Positions 1-13,224 of a DNA stretch of 64,000 nucleotides are shown in pieces. Both the position numbers and the translations under genes were made by a program. The notes below the pieces were generated by a model. The model did no database searches. It was not told where the DNA came from and was given only the letters and a program-made list of their open reading frames with translations. The stretch comes from the human T2T-CHM13v2.0 reference genome, Homo sapiens, in NCBI RefSeq assembly GCF_009914755.1, contig NC_060925.1; one strand, given 5' to 3'. Each line of letters opens with the position of its first letter. The first letter of the stretch is position 1.

Positions 1-1300
1 TGAAGCAACAGTGCCATTTCAGTAAAACCAATTCACAGAAGTCTCCTTAAATGTTTGGAGCTGGTTCACTGATGCATTAGCTAAGCTGAAAACTGATTAC
101 ATGTACTAAGTTACTGTAGCTGTAACTCAGCACTTGCTGTTCAAAACTGAAAAGGTATGTGGTAACTTCACTCAGTGGGTAGAACTCAAGTAATTTTTAA
201 TAACTCTGGCTGGTGCTTCTCTTGATGGAGTTTGTTTGTTTTACTTATTCCTGGGATATTTCTTGCAACCTGTTTTGTTTTAAATTTAGAAAACTACAAA
301 CTAGCAGATTAAAAACAGGTAAACTATCTGAATGACTCATGCAGTTGCTCATGGTAAGTGTCCATTCCCTGATGAGACTAACTGAAATCAAGCTGCTGAT
401 GGAAACTGCAACACCTAGAATGCCACCATTGTTGCCTGGATCCATCATCATACAGAACATGGAAATATCTTCACAATTATAGACTAGGGAAATAGTAAAA
501 GATTCTGTTTCTGATGCAGGGGCAACCATTGCATACCAGATTTGTGAGTCTTGCCAAAGTTGGCTGAGTCCAGCTCACTTAGTATTCCAGGTCCATACAC
601 CTTTGTAAGGAAGTTTGCTCATTGAATGTGTATGCCTCCATAAAAAGATCATTTTCTCTTGGCTGATCCATGGGTTATGATAAAATAAAAAGGAATGGTA
701 AATGGACCTATTTTAAAAATTCAGGATTCTGTCCTGACCATTCCTGAGTATGATGGTTCATTCTTTCTTCTAATGGCAAATCCAGGTTTGCCTGATGGAT
801 GCAGTTTTACTGTGGCAGCCCATCCAAGATGTGTCCTAGGAGAGATAAGCTTAATTCTGACTTAGGCTTCTGGAGTTTTTAGTTGGGTTGACATAGTCCT
901 TTGCCATAAGGCTAATAATCACTTAGTTGAGTACACTGCTCACCAAAGTTACCCACATGGAGCAAAGTCAGGAATATAATATATTTCTGTAATTTTATAA
1001 AATTGTTTTCCTCTTGTATGTGATCAATTCAAATGTAAATTTTGAGTGTAAGGAAGGGCTGATTGAAAAATATAGTATAGTCATAACTATTATAAAGAGC
1101 TGTGCCTAGATTTTGGTAATGGAGGAGAAATAACAACTTAGGAACCTGAGGAGGGAGCATCTCAGATCCCGGAAGCTGTTGGGGTTGGGGGAAGAGACAT
1201 TTATAATGTTTGCCTTTCAAAACTTCTCTATGAACCTTCCTTATGAAATAAAACACTGTGTAGCTCTCCAAAACTATTGAAAGCATCTTAAATGTAGCTA
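1..1300 (+). mobile_element. Degenerate endogenous retrovirus internal region: pol remnant (RNase H and integrase zinc finger), probably HERVL40-like
   Basis: Plus-strand translation in shifting frames gives WFTD (62-73), TQWVELK (170-190; cf. SAQxAEL), FTYSWDI (~240-260; cf. YTDSW), THAVAH and NQAAD (~335-400). The integrase HHCC finger reads IVAWIHHHTEHGN (428-466) and QICESCQ (537-557). Many stops and frameshifts. Confidence 0.75.
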
Positions 1301-1306
1301 GGTTTC

Positions 1307-1881
1307 TGGTCAAGAAAGGGTTAACTTAGAAGGCCTGGATGGCTCAAAACCTTACACATTCCAAAGAAAGGCCTCTGTCCAAGAGGATCCTTTGGCAGGA
1401 TCCTGAGCGATAACTGCTAAGCCCTTGGAATACTCTGCTTGATAGAAATGCTTTTGTATGCCCTAATCAGTTGAGGTTGTCCTAACATTGTGATTTACAG
1501 TGAAGGACTCTTTCTTCTCTGGAGGTGATGAGTATCTGAGGTTAGTTGCACAGCACTGCATGCCTGTGTGACTGATCTCCAATAATATCCCTTTACTGCA
1601 GGGCATGGGTTGGCAACACTTCCAACATTAGACAATGTTGTTGGAAGAATTAAGATCATCCTCATGAAACTCTACTGGGAGGGGACATCTGAAAACTTGG
1701 CCCTGTTTCCTTTGTACCTTGCACCATGAGCCTTTTCCCATTGCTGATTTTGACTGTTATCTTTTCACTGTAATAAAATAATAACATTGAGTATAACAAG
1801 TTTCTTTTCTTTTCTTTTAGTTCTATGAGTCATTATAGTGAATCATTGAACCCAGGGGTGGTCTTGAGGTCCTCTGATATA
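1307..1881 (+). mobile_element. Solo LTR, MER77-like (ERVL), nested in the older ERV internal region
   Basis: Begins ...CAAGAAAGGGTTAACT...CACATTCCAAAGAAAGG...GCCCTTGGAATACTCTGCTTGATA; has AATAAA near 1772; ends with the MER21/MER77-type terminus GAACCCAGGGGTGGTCTTGAGGTCCTCTGATATA. Confidence 0.65.
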
Positions 1882-2329
1882 GTGTACCATCCCCTGCTAG
1901 ATGCCTCTTACCATGCCCTAATTGCCATTCCCCTGAACATTACTGAAGAGTCAATAGAAAAGATTAGGCGGTGGTCCCAGTTCTTGTACCTTCAGGCAAA
2001 ACATGCCACAGCTCCTACAGATGTCTTCTTCTCCCACTCCTATAGCTAGTAATTTCAGGAGGCAGAGGAATTACTTGGCTTGTGACATGGAAAAACAGGA
2101 CAGGTTGTACAGACTGACCTAAGACACTTCATACAAACAAGAAGTTAACTCAATTATCTGAAGTAACTATGATGCCTAAGGACAACCAGCTAGTCAAATG
2201 CATCCCCAGACTGATGTAAGTCACACCCGCAGGGACCTCACAATTTTAAACAATACTTTCTTGCCAGAGACACCATGTGTACTCCTCAGATTATACTTCT
2301 TATGTGGAAGTCAGGCATTTTCTTGCCAA

Positions 2330-2900
2330 AACACAGTAACTTTCACTATAGGGGTGGTCATAAGAGACCTTCAAGGGTTTAAGAACACAACAACAATATA
2401 TCATGTAATCCTGGATGACTGTGGAGATCTCCTAGAGGCATAATAGACTCAACATTTTTGCAGGCCCTGTGGTCATATTTTTTTTCAAATGAATAAAAAG
2501 ATGGTACAAAATGTGTTCCTGATTTTCACTGAAGTGAATAATGACACCACTTGAGCCATGGAAATAATTCAGGCCTGACTCTACTCACTGAACAAGGGTT
2601 GTTAGGGATAATAGAATTGCCCTGGATTTCCTCCTTGTAAGCCAAAGCGGAGTCACACATTCATTAACATATCCTGTTACATGTGAATTAACTCCTTAGA
2701 CCAAGAGGTAATTTCAATATAGAGAGACAGCCACCTGGCATTTGCAAGTAGACCTTGCTGGATTATGAGATTTGATTAGCGGGCTTATGCTGGGTCCCTA
2801 GGCCATGGCTGAGATCAATGCTGCAGATTAACCTCATCTTGCTGATTATAGTCCTATTTGTTTTAAACTTAGTTACTGTATGAGAAAAAATGAATAGTTA
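2330..2900 (+). pseudogene. Retroviral env transmembrane-subunit remnant with immunosuppressive domain
   Basis: 2598-2654 reads VVRDNRIALDFLLVSQSGV (CKS-17-like ISD). After a frameshift comes INISCYM*IN (decayed CX6CC region), then a hydrophobic TM-like stretch near 2820-2870. Confidence 0.75.
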
Positions 2901-3003
2901 TGGTCCCAGCTTTTGTTGGTCAGATTAGAGTGGTCAACAGATTGATATAATCATGGAAAACTTCATCAAAAGTCAAATGAGTGTTGAAACTAAGGATGGA
3001 TAT

Positions 3004-3450
3004 TATTAAGAGACAATTTTCCATGTTTGTTTTTATCTTTTTGGTGCATCTAGCAAGTTAGGCACTAATTGCTCTTTGTTAAGGACTATCTTTCCAATGT
3101 TGTTTGTAAGTATAACAGCTTTGGAAGATGAAGATAGTGTTGTTTCCCAGTGGAGTGAAAGAAAAACATGCTTGTTGACCATTATGAAGATTCTGGTTCC
3201 CTAAGCCCAGGGCTGCCTGAGAGCCTGTGCAGCAGGTATCCATCTGTGCCCATCCATGTCATTCAGGTGGGGTGAGAGGAAGTCAAGCAAATATGCCAGT
3301 GTGTATCCCGCCTTTTGTGCAGTGAGTGATACAGGCCTTTGTCTCTCACCTAGGAGTCTTGTGTCTTCTACTAGCATCTATGAAAATATGACAGACTAAT
3401 TTGTTAGCTTGTAAGTAAGATAAAATATCAGACCGTTCACAGTAACAACA
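3004..3450 (+). mobile_element. 3' LTR, LTR40-like (ERVL class)
   Basis: Starts ...AGAGACAATTTTCCATG, contains GGACTATCTTT...AACAGCTTTGGAAGATGAAGATAGTGT, ends ...TTGTTAGCTTGTAAGTAAGATAAAATATCAGACCGTTCACAG; preceded by purine-rich AACTAAGGATGGA (PPT-like). Confidence 0.65.
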
Positions 3451-5130
3451 CACAGAGTAGGAGTAATTCTGCTTGGGATCATTTAAAATATACCCTCCAT
3501 GGCTATCATAAAAAATCATGTTTGAACAGCTCCTGGGAAGTTGTTTTGTCAAATTCAAAAGAACATAGGCTTTGGAATCAGAAGGATCAGAAAAGAAAAT
3601 ACAAGCTCACTATTTGAACATTATAATAATATCTATAATGTAAATATATTATGATGAATAAATGTAATTGTATTAATAATAAAGCTATTATTTAGCACCT
3701 GGCCTAATAAAATAAATTGATGATTTTTTAATATTTCTTAAAGAGTTGGAAACTAAATTGAGAGGCACATAAAGAAAATGAACACAAATAAAAACATAAT
3801 ATAGAATACATGTAAAAGTCACATACTTATTTAAGAAATAAATTGAAAATAAACCAAAAGTAAAAACAGAAAAAAGCTATAATTACATCACATAGAACAA
3901 ATAATTGTTAATATTTTAATGTATTATATTTTTAATATAATTTTTAAAGGAAGGTTTTAGAAAATACAGTGTTTTGCATCCTAAAGTAGAAGCAGCTTGA
4001 TATTGGTTCTGGTGAATTTATTTTAAAGAAAGAAAATATGTTAATATCACAATTCAGAAAGCTTGGCTGTTGAATTTTTGTTAAATCTACTGGTTAAGAA
4101 CATAAATGGAACATCCATAGAGACTTTTCTTTAGCCCAACCATCTGGACACTTGCTGTATTTTGATTAAAAACAAAAAACCCATTTGACTAAAACTTATA
4201 ATATACTTAAATTCCAGGCTTCTATAGAAAGAAAACCAGAGATAAAATAACATGTAAAAACTGTGAAAAAAGTCATTGTTGCATCAAAAAATTCTATTAA
4301 TTATAGTAATTATCTATGATTGGAACTCTTAAAACATCTGCAGTGAAACAAGTGGCTATGCTTCAACATGCTCATTTCATATTTCAATCACTTAAATATA
4401 GCTATTGTTAAGGAATTAGTTGGAAGTCATTAAGAAAGTAATTGCAAAAAACCAGTTCTGCCATATGACAAAGACAAAATTGAAGAACTAATAACAGAAA
4501 ATGTGCCCAAACATTATGATCTCCATCATTAAATATAAATTAGTATAAAAATGAGGAACATCCAGTTGACAATTAACTTCAATTGTATTTCTTTATTTAC
4601 ATATTAAGATCATTAATTCTATTAGCTAATTAAAGTCTGCAATAATGTAATTGTAATGAATCCTCATTCAGCAAAGACGAAAACTATCTATTCAATGAAC
4701 ATTGTGTCAGGTAACTTCTATATGTCTAGCAGTGAGGTTGTCATCATAGGTATGGAGGAAATGTGGTAATACTTCCAATTCTAATGATTTATTTGAATCA
4801 CTGTAAGTTTGAAATTGGAAATACCTTCAAAACTGAGGATACATATTGAAAATATCAAAGGTATATCACATGATTTTTTTCTGTGTGATACTATAAAATT
4901 ATAATAAAAAACAACTTACAATATGCAATTTAAAATATATTATTAAATTGAAGGGATGAACAAATAATATGTGCATCATCTCAATGGATAAAATAAAGAA
5001 TGTTAAATATATTAAATGAGAAGAGCATTACACATGGGTTGTGGGGCTGTAGGTAAATCTATTATTTGTGCATTTCCAATTTCTAAAATTGTAGCAATGT
5101 ACAACTATTTATTTTGTAATCTAAGGTACT

Positions 5131-5426
<296 letters not shown>

Positions 5427-6274
5427 AGGTACTTATTCTTAAAAGAACAAAAAGTCTTGTATCCCATTTTCTCATGTTTGTATTATATTGAATAAAGTAA
5501 TATAATTAATGCTAATATACAAGTATAATCAAAGCAAAGACTCAAATCAGATGACATGGCTTTTGGTCTGGGTCATCCATTAATGATCTGTTTGATCCTG
5601 AGCATAAGGTTTTGGGCCTGTTTTCCTCCAGTTGTATTTTGATTGATTTTGACTCCACCAGCTCTATAATCTTTTTCATCTCTAAGAAAATAATTATTAT
5701 TGTTAAATTATTTAGGAGTCATAATCCCAGGCTACTCCTAAAGCATATCTTTGGGGAAGAATGAAGCAATCTAAATTGGGGAGGTGCCATCTTCTATAAA
5801 TGAGGCAAATGGGTTAAGACCAGGGATACTTCAACTTACTGATAGACTTGCTTCTAGAGATCTGTGTATACATTGAATTGTTCCAAATGTTTACCCATGT
5901 AATGTTAAAAATGTTTTCTCCGTATTTCACATTGATTTTCAATTGGATATGGCTCTCAGACTTTTAGCAGTAAGTTTTAGACACTTTATATTTCCATTCA
6001 GTTATATTAAATGGTGACTAAATCTGTGAATAAACAATTCAGAATAATGACACCCTTCACCATTTCAGTGAGGTCTATTAACAGTGATTTGCTTTGGTAA
6101 ATAGAAAAATATTAGTAAAATATTCGTCGCAGTAGTTATTTGTTTAATGGCTAATATAAAATGGAGTTTACTGCTTTGATAAGATAAAAATTAGAATTTT
6201 TGTCTATAAACCCCTACTTTTGGAAGATATTTAGTATTTTAAATTATTAGGACTCTGAAGTATGTTTTTCTTGA

Positions 6275-7090
6275 TTGAATAATTCATTTATTCATTGAGG
6301 AAATATTTTATTGAAAAGCTACCATGTGCCAAGAACTATTCCAGATGCCAAAGACACTAATAGTGAAAAAAAAAATGCTATCAACACTACACGCACAGAA
6401 AATCAGTGCCTTGATAAAGCTTATATTTAAATGATTCATGAAGAAGAAAATATATGTAAAATGTGCAGCATATTTTTAATTATAATTTCAAAGGAAATAC
6501 ATAGCAGAAAAGAGAAAAAAGGAATTAAGGTACAGTTATGAATAGAGTGGTATCAAAGAAAGACTCACTGAGAAAGTGACCTATCTAGGTGGTGGAAGGT
6601 ACAAATAAAAAGGCTGAAAGTCAGATGCGTCTCCAAAAGGTTCTGACAATAACAAATTGGACTCTATGGCTGTTGAGCAGTGCAAGGGATAAGGGAGAGT
6701 AGCAGGAGATGGGGTCAGAAAGGGAACAGGGCAGATTGGGTGATGAGAGATCCGAGGGGTAAGGAAGCATTGAGCTTTAGGAGCAACTGCGAGTCTTAAG
6801 GAGACCTTGATTTCATTCAGTGATATGGGAAACCACAGCAAATTTTGATCAGAAGAGTAATATCAACTAACTCCACTTGGACCGCATGGAAACGAGGAAG
6901 GAGAATACTACAGCAACCTGGAAGCCAGTGAAAAATGATGGCAACACTATCTAAGATGGTAAAAAATTGACGAAGAAAAGCTCATTTCGAACTGTTGAGG
7001 AGAGAAATGTATTTGCAGAGAGAGCATGAAAAATCATGAACCACTCCATGGGTTTTGCCTTGTGCAAGTGGAAGCAAGGGAAGAAGATAA
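6275..7090 (-). mobile_element. L2 (LINE2) 3' fragment
   Basis: ATTCATTTTATTCATT...ATATTTTATTGAAAAGCTACCATGTGCCAAG (antisense L2 3' end) followed by the typical purine-rich L2 body. Confidence 0.65.
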
Positions 7091-8023
7091 AGAGTAAGTT
7101 ACAGATTTTTTTTTTTCTTTAAACCAACACTTTTAAACACAACTGTAAAATGAATAAAAATACGTAACTTCTCCTGCCATACCTCATGCATCATGTTGGG
7201 ACAAGCAGTCAAAGTTCCTGAATCAATAATCATTTTGATTATACTGTTCCAGAGAAACAATGTACAAAAACATATTCCAGTGCAATTTCTATGTAATCTG
7301 TTCCCCCTGTCCCATCAAGTGTGACAGTGTATTATTATGTATTGACAGAAAACATCAATATGGATGATGTTAGACAGTGGGAGGAACGCATTTTTGTGTG
7401 CTAGTTTTGTCTTTATAATAACAGCATTGATCTGTATTTCAGCTAACCGGTTTTCAGCAACTCACAGCTAATTTGCCCATATCTACATTGGTATGAGCAA
7501 TAATATGGTGAATGTCAGATGGGATCTGCAATTCATAGGAACAGCTCTGCAGCCTAATGATTTTTGTCAAATGTGAATTAATTATTAATCTGATTTGTCC
7601 TTCTTTGTTCAGAGCTCTGCAAATGTTAGTAAATCAGGGTCTGCTCAAACTTTTAGTAGAATTGAGGCGATAATAAGCAGGTACTTTTTGATTTGCTTAC
7701 TTTCCTCTTGCCTGATGAATAAAATATTCCTGTACTTTTAAGGCCTTGGGATTACCATTTGCTCAATTTTAAAATTACTTACTCAAAATGAATTGTTTGT
7801 TTAGTGAGTTTTATATTTTATACTCCTTTTTGTTAGAAACTTTCAGCATTCTTCTTTAAATAATACGAAAGTTTTCATCCTATTCTCAGGTTAACAAATC
7901 ATGGTAGTGCTGAAGAACAAAGAAGGCTTGGAAATTGAATTAAATCAATTAATAGTTATAAACACACTATTTTTAAAGAGCATCACATTCCTTATCTATG
8001 TTATTAAATTTTAAAATATCTGC

Positions 8024-8806
8024 TGACAAAGACTGTCTCCCCTTGATCTAACTTTTTTTAAAAAAATTGTTTTTAGAGACTGAGTCTCGCTCTATTGCCC
8101 AGGCTAGAGTGCAGTGGTGCGATCATAGTTCACTGTAACCTCAAACTCCTGGGCTCAAGCAATCTTCTCACCTCAGTGTCCTGAGTAACTAGGACTATGG
8201 GTGTGTGCCACCATGCCCAGCTAATTTTTACGCTTTTTGTAGACCGGGATCTCAAACTCAAGTCCTCCTCAAGGGATTCTCCCACCTTGGCCTCCCAAAG
8301 TGCTGGGATTATAGGCATGAGCACAGCCTTTGACCTAACTTTATCTTCTCTGAACCCTTTGTTGGACTAGGCCTGACCTTGGTCTTTCATTATTGTCCTT
8401 GTAGAATTCAGTTTGAGCAAGAATCCTGCTTAGTCAAGTTAGAAAAAAAAAATTCCCCTTTCTTTGTATTTGACCACCTTCTATACCTGATCAAATTCCT
8501 TATCCTCTAGACTCAATATCTTCTCACCCTGGCTTCCCTTCAGCAAGAATTCTGTTCAGTTGGCCTAGCAAGAATCTCCCTTACCTCTGATATTTTCTCT
8601 TAGTAAATATTCATCCTGTGACCGCCCCCACCCCCCAAACCTGCTCCTTAGCTGTAAATCCCCACTTGTTCTTGTTGGAGTTAAAATTGATCCCAATCTC
8701 TCTCCTCTACCTAGAGACTCTATTGCAGTGGTCCCCATATCTACTGAGATAAAAGTCCTCTGTATCCTCTTTAATAAGTGTCATAAATATTTGTTTTTCT
8801 TTAACA
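8024..8806 (+). mobile_element. Solo LTR MER31-like (ERV1), interrupted by an AluJ
   Basis: TGACAAAGACTGTCTCC start, repeated AGCAAGAATCC motifs, ...TTTCTTTAACA end (TG...CA). Confidence 0.75.
8054..8327 (-). mobile_element. AluJ-type element with internal deletion
   Basis: GATCATAG(T)TCACTG and CTCCTGGGCTCAAGC AluJ diagnostics; TSD CCTTGATCTAACT (8041-8053) / CTTTGACCTAACT (8328-8340). Confidence 0.88.
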
Positions 8807-10361
8807 TTACTTCACAGGCTTATAATGAGCATTTAACAAGATAACATATATAGAATTCCCAGCAGAGGACCTGGCCTTAGTTTCTGCCAACTGTTTTGTC
8901 AGTGTGCCTGTTAGGCTGGAATGGGAGGCAGACTGTGTGCCCTTTGAATCAAATCATTTCCCTTCAGAGATGACAGAGAGCATGCTGCCTATTTACACAC
9001 AGTATGTTCACTATTTTGATCTATTCAGCTAGGGATTTAGTCAAATTACTAACTGAATTGGTGAAAAATAAGCACATTTTATTAATTTTTATATGAATGA
9101 TTTCATTAAATCATTATTACACTGGTCACCTGATCCATTCATTGACAGATAAAGCCTATAAGGAAAGCTCTACTTTCAAATAATTTGCATTCCCCAGTTA
9201 AAAGTTGATAAATTTTATATCCTTCTGGGTAAGGGTGCTTTTTTTTTAATATAATATGAAAGCAGCTATAAGTACAGAAGGCTGAGTGGGCCATGTAAAA
9301 TTTTATTTTAGCTGAAGTATGAACTGGGCTTTCAGACGTTGTACAAAACAGCCTGACTTCTCAGTTCATACACATGAGTGTGACAAGCAGAAAATTAGAC
9401 ACCTGGCAGCTACAAGTGTTTTGGTTTTATGTTTTTAGATACATGGCCAAGATTACTTTTGTGACTGCCAAATTACTACCTTAATTTAAAAGCAGAGAAA
9501 CACATCAGATTTTTACCACCTAGAAAATCATGTTAAATCTTTGTTTGAAAATGTCTTCATTAGCAGAGAGAAAGAAAAAAAAAATATTTCCTACCAGACT
9601 TAACTTCCATCCATGGTGTAGGGTTCAGACCTTGAGAAATGTCTGACAACACTGCTGAAAACTATGCTTGAAATGTTGATTTCACTGCTAGAAGCCATTT
9701 AGGGCAAAGAATGTAACTGAGTGGCTTAGGGGTTGATGCAGTTATTTGCTTACCTAATAGTGATAAGTACAAGTCAAACTTCTGTATTTTTGATATTTTC
9801 TTATTTTCCATTTTACTTACAGGATGTTTTTATGGGGCTTCTCTACTTAACACAATCCTGAGATTTAACACAGGATGGAAAAGAAGGCATTATAAAATTT
9901 CAGTAAGGTAGATTGAAACTAAAAGTTACACTTAACTCTGACATCCACTTTGAACAAAACATAGAAAGAACAGTGCATTTAAACTAAATAAAATCCAAGA
10001 GGCAAATATGGTACTTACTGTGGCAAACATGGTTTTACTGTGAGGTAGTTAGTAATAATTTAATGATAGGATATCTGAATATAAAGAAAAAAAACTGGTG
10101 ACAAGAGTGTGAGAAATGTATCTTACTGCTTGATAACAATATACATCTCAAAAAAAAGGGGTGGCTTAGTGCCCAGTTTCTGAAAGAAGGTCTTTTTTGT
10201 CCTTTTTATTGCACTTTTCAAGTTTATTTAAGCTAGCCAATTGTGACTTAAATTTGGTTAAGCAAAGACAAATATGCTTGACAAGTCATTAGAGCTCTTG
10301 TGTGCTTTCTTATTTGTCCATATAGCTGTTCCCTGCCCATCTACTTGCCTACACAGTGTTA

Positions 10362-10678
10362 TGATGTCAGTTCATTAAGTTGGCTATAATAAAATACCAT
10401 AGACTAAGTGGCTTACAAACAACAGAAATCCATTTCTGACAGTTCTAGGGGCTGAGAAGTCCAAGATCAAGGCACTGACAGATGTGGTATCTGGTGAGGG
10501 ATTGTTTCCTAATTCCTAGAAGGCAATCTTTTTGCTGCATCCTCACAGCCTGTGGAAAGGACTGGCAACTCTCTGAGATCTCTTTTATAAGAGCATTAAC
10601 CCCATTCATGAGGGCTGTACCCTTATGACCTAATTACCTCCCAACAGGCCCCATTTCCTGATACCATTGCCTTGTGAG
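10362..10678 (-). mobile_element. MaLR LTR (MLT1A/MSTD-like)
   Basis: AAAATACCATAGACTAAGTGGCTTACAAACAACAGAAAT...GAAGTCCAAGATCAAGG...CATTCATGAGGG...ATGACCTAATTACCTCCC. Confidence 0.8.
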
Positions 10679-11654
10679 TCTTGGCAGGAGGGAGGTGGCC
10701 TTCAGTAAATTGTAATATCTGTTGCTCAGCATTGGCTATATCTTGGTTAGATTAACAGTGAAGAAGATCAGAAAAAAAAGATGGGGTCCAAATGGCAGCT
10801 ACTGGCCATTTGTGCTCAAAGACCAATTATCTTAGAAGGGCTACTCAAAAATAAGCCCCTTGTGAGGCTCTTGGTGCTTAAGTTTTTCAGAATTGGCTAT
10901 AAATGGTCTCTCTACGGGGGAAGAACTGAGCCTGGAAATCGGACCAGTTTTTGGAAAATAAGCAAAATGGAGAAGGGAAACTGAGGTGAAGTCTAATAGA
11001 AACTTTTTCTGCCAACATGTAGGAAGGAACTATGGAGGACTAATAAGTGAACCAGGAATATTAATGAGGAGATTTAGATTTAGTAAAAAATTAAAAATAA
11101 AGCAGAAGGATTATTTCACCACGAGTCTGCTGCTCCAAAACGTAACAGGAAGAAGGAAGACTATTAGTACCAAATTATGTAGGATAGCCATTACCTCTAT
11201 AGCAAACATTTTTTTTTCCTTTTGGTCATCAAAAAATTAAACTAAGAATAAAGATTCTCTCAACATAAAAAAGTCTTTCTTCTAGAATAATTGATATAAA
11301 ACCAATACATGAACTATCCAAGGTGATATTGGGTGACCACTAGAATTTGACGAAAGATTCCAGTATTTCAAATTCTAAATTATCGTTTTCTTTTTTCTAC
11401 AGGACTGAAAATTTTCATTTGCTTATGACCTTAAATGTATATGGAAGTTTCCTTTTGAAAGTCTTATTTATGGCTTGCATGCTTATTTAAACAATGAGCT
11501 TTTTAAAAATCATTAGGTCAATTTATTTTTCTTTCTTTTAATTTTTCTTACATTTCCCCTATTTCCCCTTTACACATGGCTAATCCCTGAAAACTTCTGA
11601 TATAGTAAAAAGTATCCTATTGGTTTATTTTACTAATCTCTCTTACTTTTTTAC

Positions 11655-11800
11655 AGGACTGTGACCTCTAGAGAGCAGAGGCTGTATCTTTTTCATTTGC
11701 ATATTCTGAGCATCTATTACAATGCTTCATACATATATAGTGTCTCACTACATATTAATATTTATTGTTCAATAAATGAATCCATGAACTCATTTTATGT
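11655..11800 (+). mobile_element. L2 3'-terminal fragment
   Basis: GACTGTGACCTCTAGAGAGCAGAGG...TATTTATTGTTCAATAAATGAAT resembles the L2 3' terminus. Confidence 0.55.
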
Positions 11801-11849
11801 GAAACTATGGAAAGTAGGACAATCTCTCCTACAAGAAATATTGGGAAGT

Positions 11850-12275
11850 AGATTATTCCAGTCATCTGTTTCTATTTAACAATTTATACAGCGCTTAGTG
11901 GCTTAAAGCAACAACTGCATTTCTGTTGGTCAGGAATTTACACAGAACTCAGCTGGGTGATTCTTATGATCCAGTTAGTGATATTCATCTGATAACTGGG
12001 CTGGGCTAAACTGGGCTGCTTCCATCTCCATGTAGACTCAAGCCCTCCCCAGTGGGCTAGTTGGAGTTTTTATAGGATGGTTCAGGGATCCTAGAAACCA
12101 CAGCAAAGGCTACCAGTCTCTTTGAATTTTAGGTCTAGATCTGTATAGCTTTACTTTAGCCATATTCCATTGATCAAAATAGTCATAAGTCAACCCAGAT
12201 TCAAGGCAAGGAAAAATAGACTGTATCACAAGGGGCTGAGTATAAAGAATTTGTGACCATTTTCAATCTGCAATA
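11850..12275 (-). mobile_element. Old MaLR LTR (MLT1F/G/H-like)
   Basis: CTTAGTGGCTTAAAGCAACAA...GGTCAGGAATTT...CCCAGATTCAAGG...GAATTTGTGACCATTTT. Confidence 0.65.
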
Positions 12276-12751
12276 TATGGAGGAAAAAAAGAATAAACAA
12301 GCTATATATTTAACCTCATTCGCTGTGCCTGCATCAGGTCTATACCCAAAAAAAACTTGAAGAGAAAAAATACTTTTCAGAAAGGCAACATATTTGTTCA
12401 TATTTCTTAAGCAATTTTTAGCAGAGATTTCCCTGGCCTTGACTACTTTACTTGTTTAAGTTCTTTCAATGTCTAAGTTATTTTGATGTATTCTTTTCAC
12501 TATCTCTGTCATTTATATTTTTTCATTTTTATTCTGACTGCTATCAGCCCCCAAAACCTGACCAGGTCCTTAGTTGTACATGTACTGTATCAATTCCTTT
12601 CTAAATAGGAGCCAGGAAGACGGCAGGCAAGGCTCCTAGAATCCTCCTCCACTGACCCATTGTCCCTTGTCCATGCCACTTCCAGATTTCCTTTCTCTAA
12701 ACTAATTATTGTTTTATCATATCCCTGCTCATAAAACTATCAAATTCAATG

Positions 12752-12973
12752 CAGGAATTCCTCAGAGATATTGCAGATCTGGATCCACATCACTACTGTA
12801 AAATGAATATCACAATAAAATGAGTCAGAAATTTTGTGATTTCCTAGTGCATATAAAAGTTATGTTTACACTATATTATAGTTTATTGTGTGCAATAGTA
12901 TGTCTAAAAAACAATGTACATAACTCAATTAAAATGTGCTTTATTGCTAAACATTGTTAACAATCATCTGAGC
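12752..12973 (-). mobile_element. Tigger1 DNA transposon terminal fragment
   Basis: CAGG..CCTCAGAGATATTGCAG...TGCATATAAAAGTTATGTTTACACTATA...AACAATGTACATA...CATCTGAGC matches the Tigger1 end including the TIR. Confidence 0.85.
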
Positions 12974-13224
12974 ATTAGTGTCACACTTCTCCCATGAATG
13001 AAGTCTCTTGTCTGTATAATGTTCCTCAAATGTGCTTTGCATTCTCCTAGATCGCTTCTTTGGCTGATGTCATTCCTATGGTCTAGAGTTCCATCCCTCT
13101 GGCTCTATCTATGGTACCACAGTTATCTTTTGGGCTCTTGCTAAAAGGCCACTGTTTTTATGAAATTGTAGCTCTCATGATTAAAAATTATTTCTTCCAA
13201 GAATTTCTAATGGCTTTCACTGTA

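Noticed and set aside
11385-11665. Two acceptor-like sites both reading AG/GACTG (11402, 11656)
   Set aside because: No matching donors or coding frame; the second lies at an L2 fragment; pyrimidine tracts are common in this AT-rich DNA.
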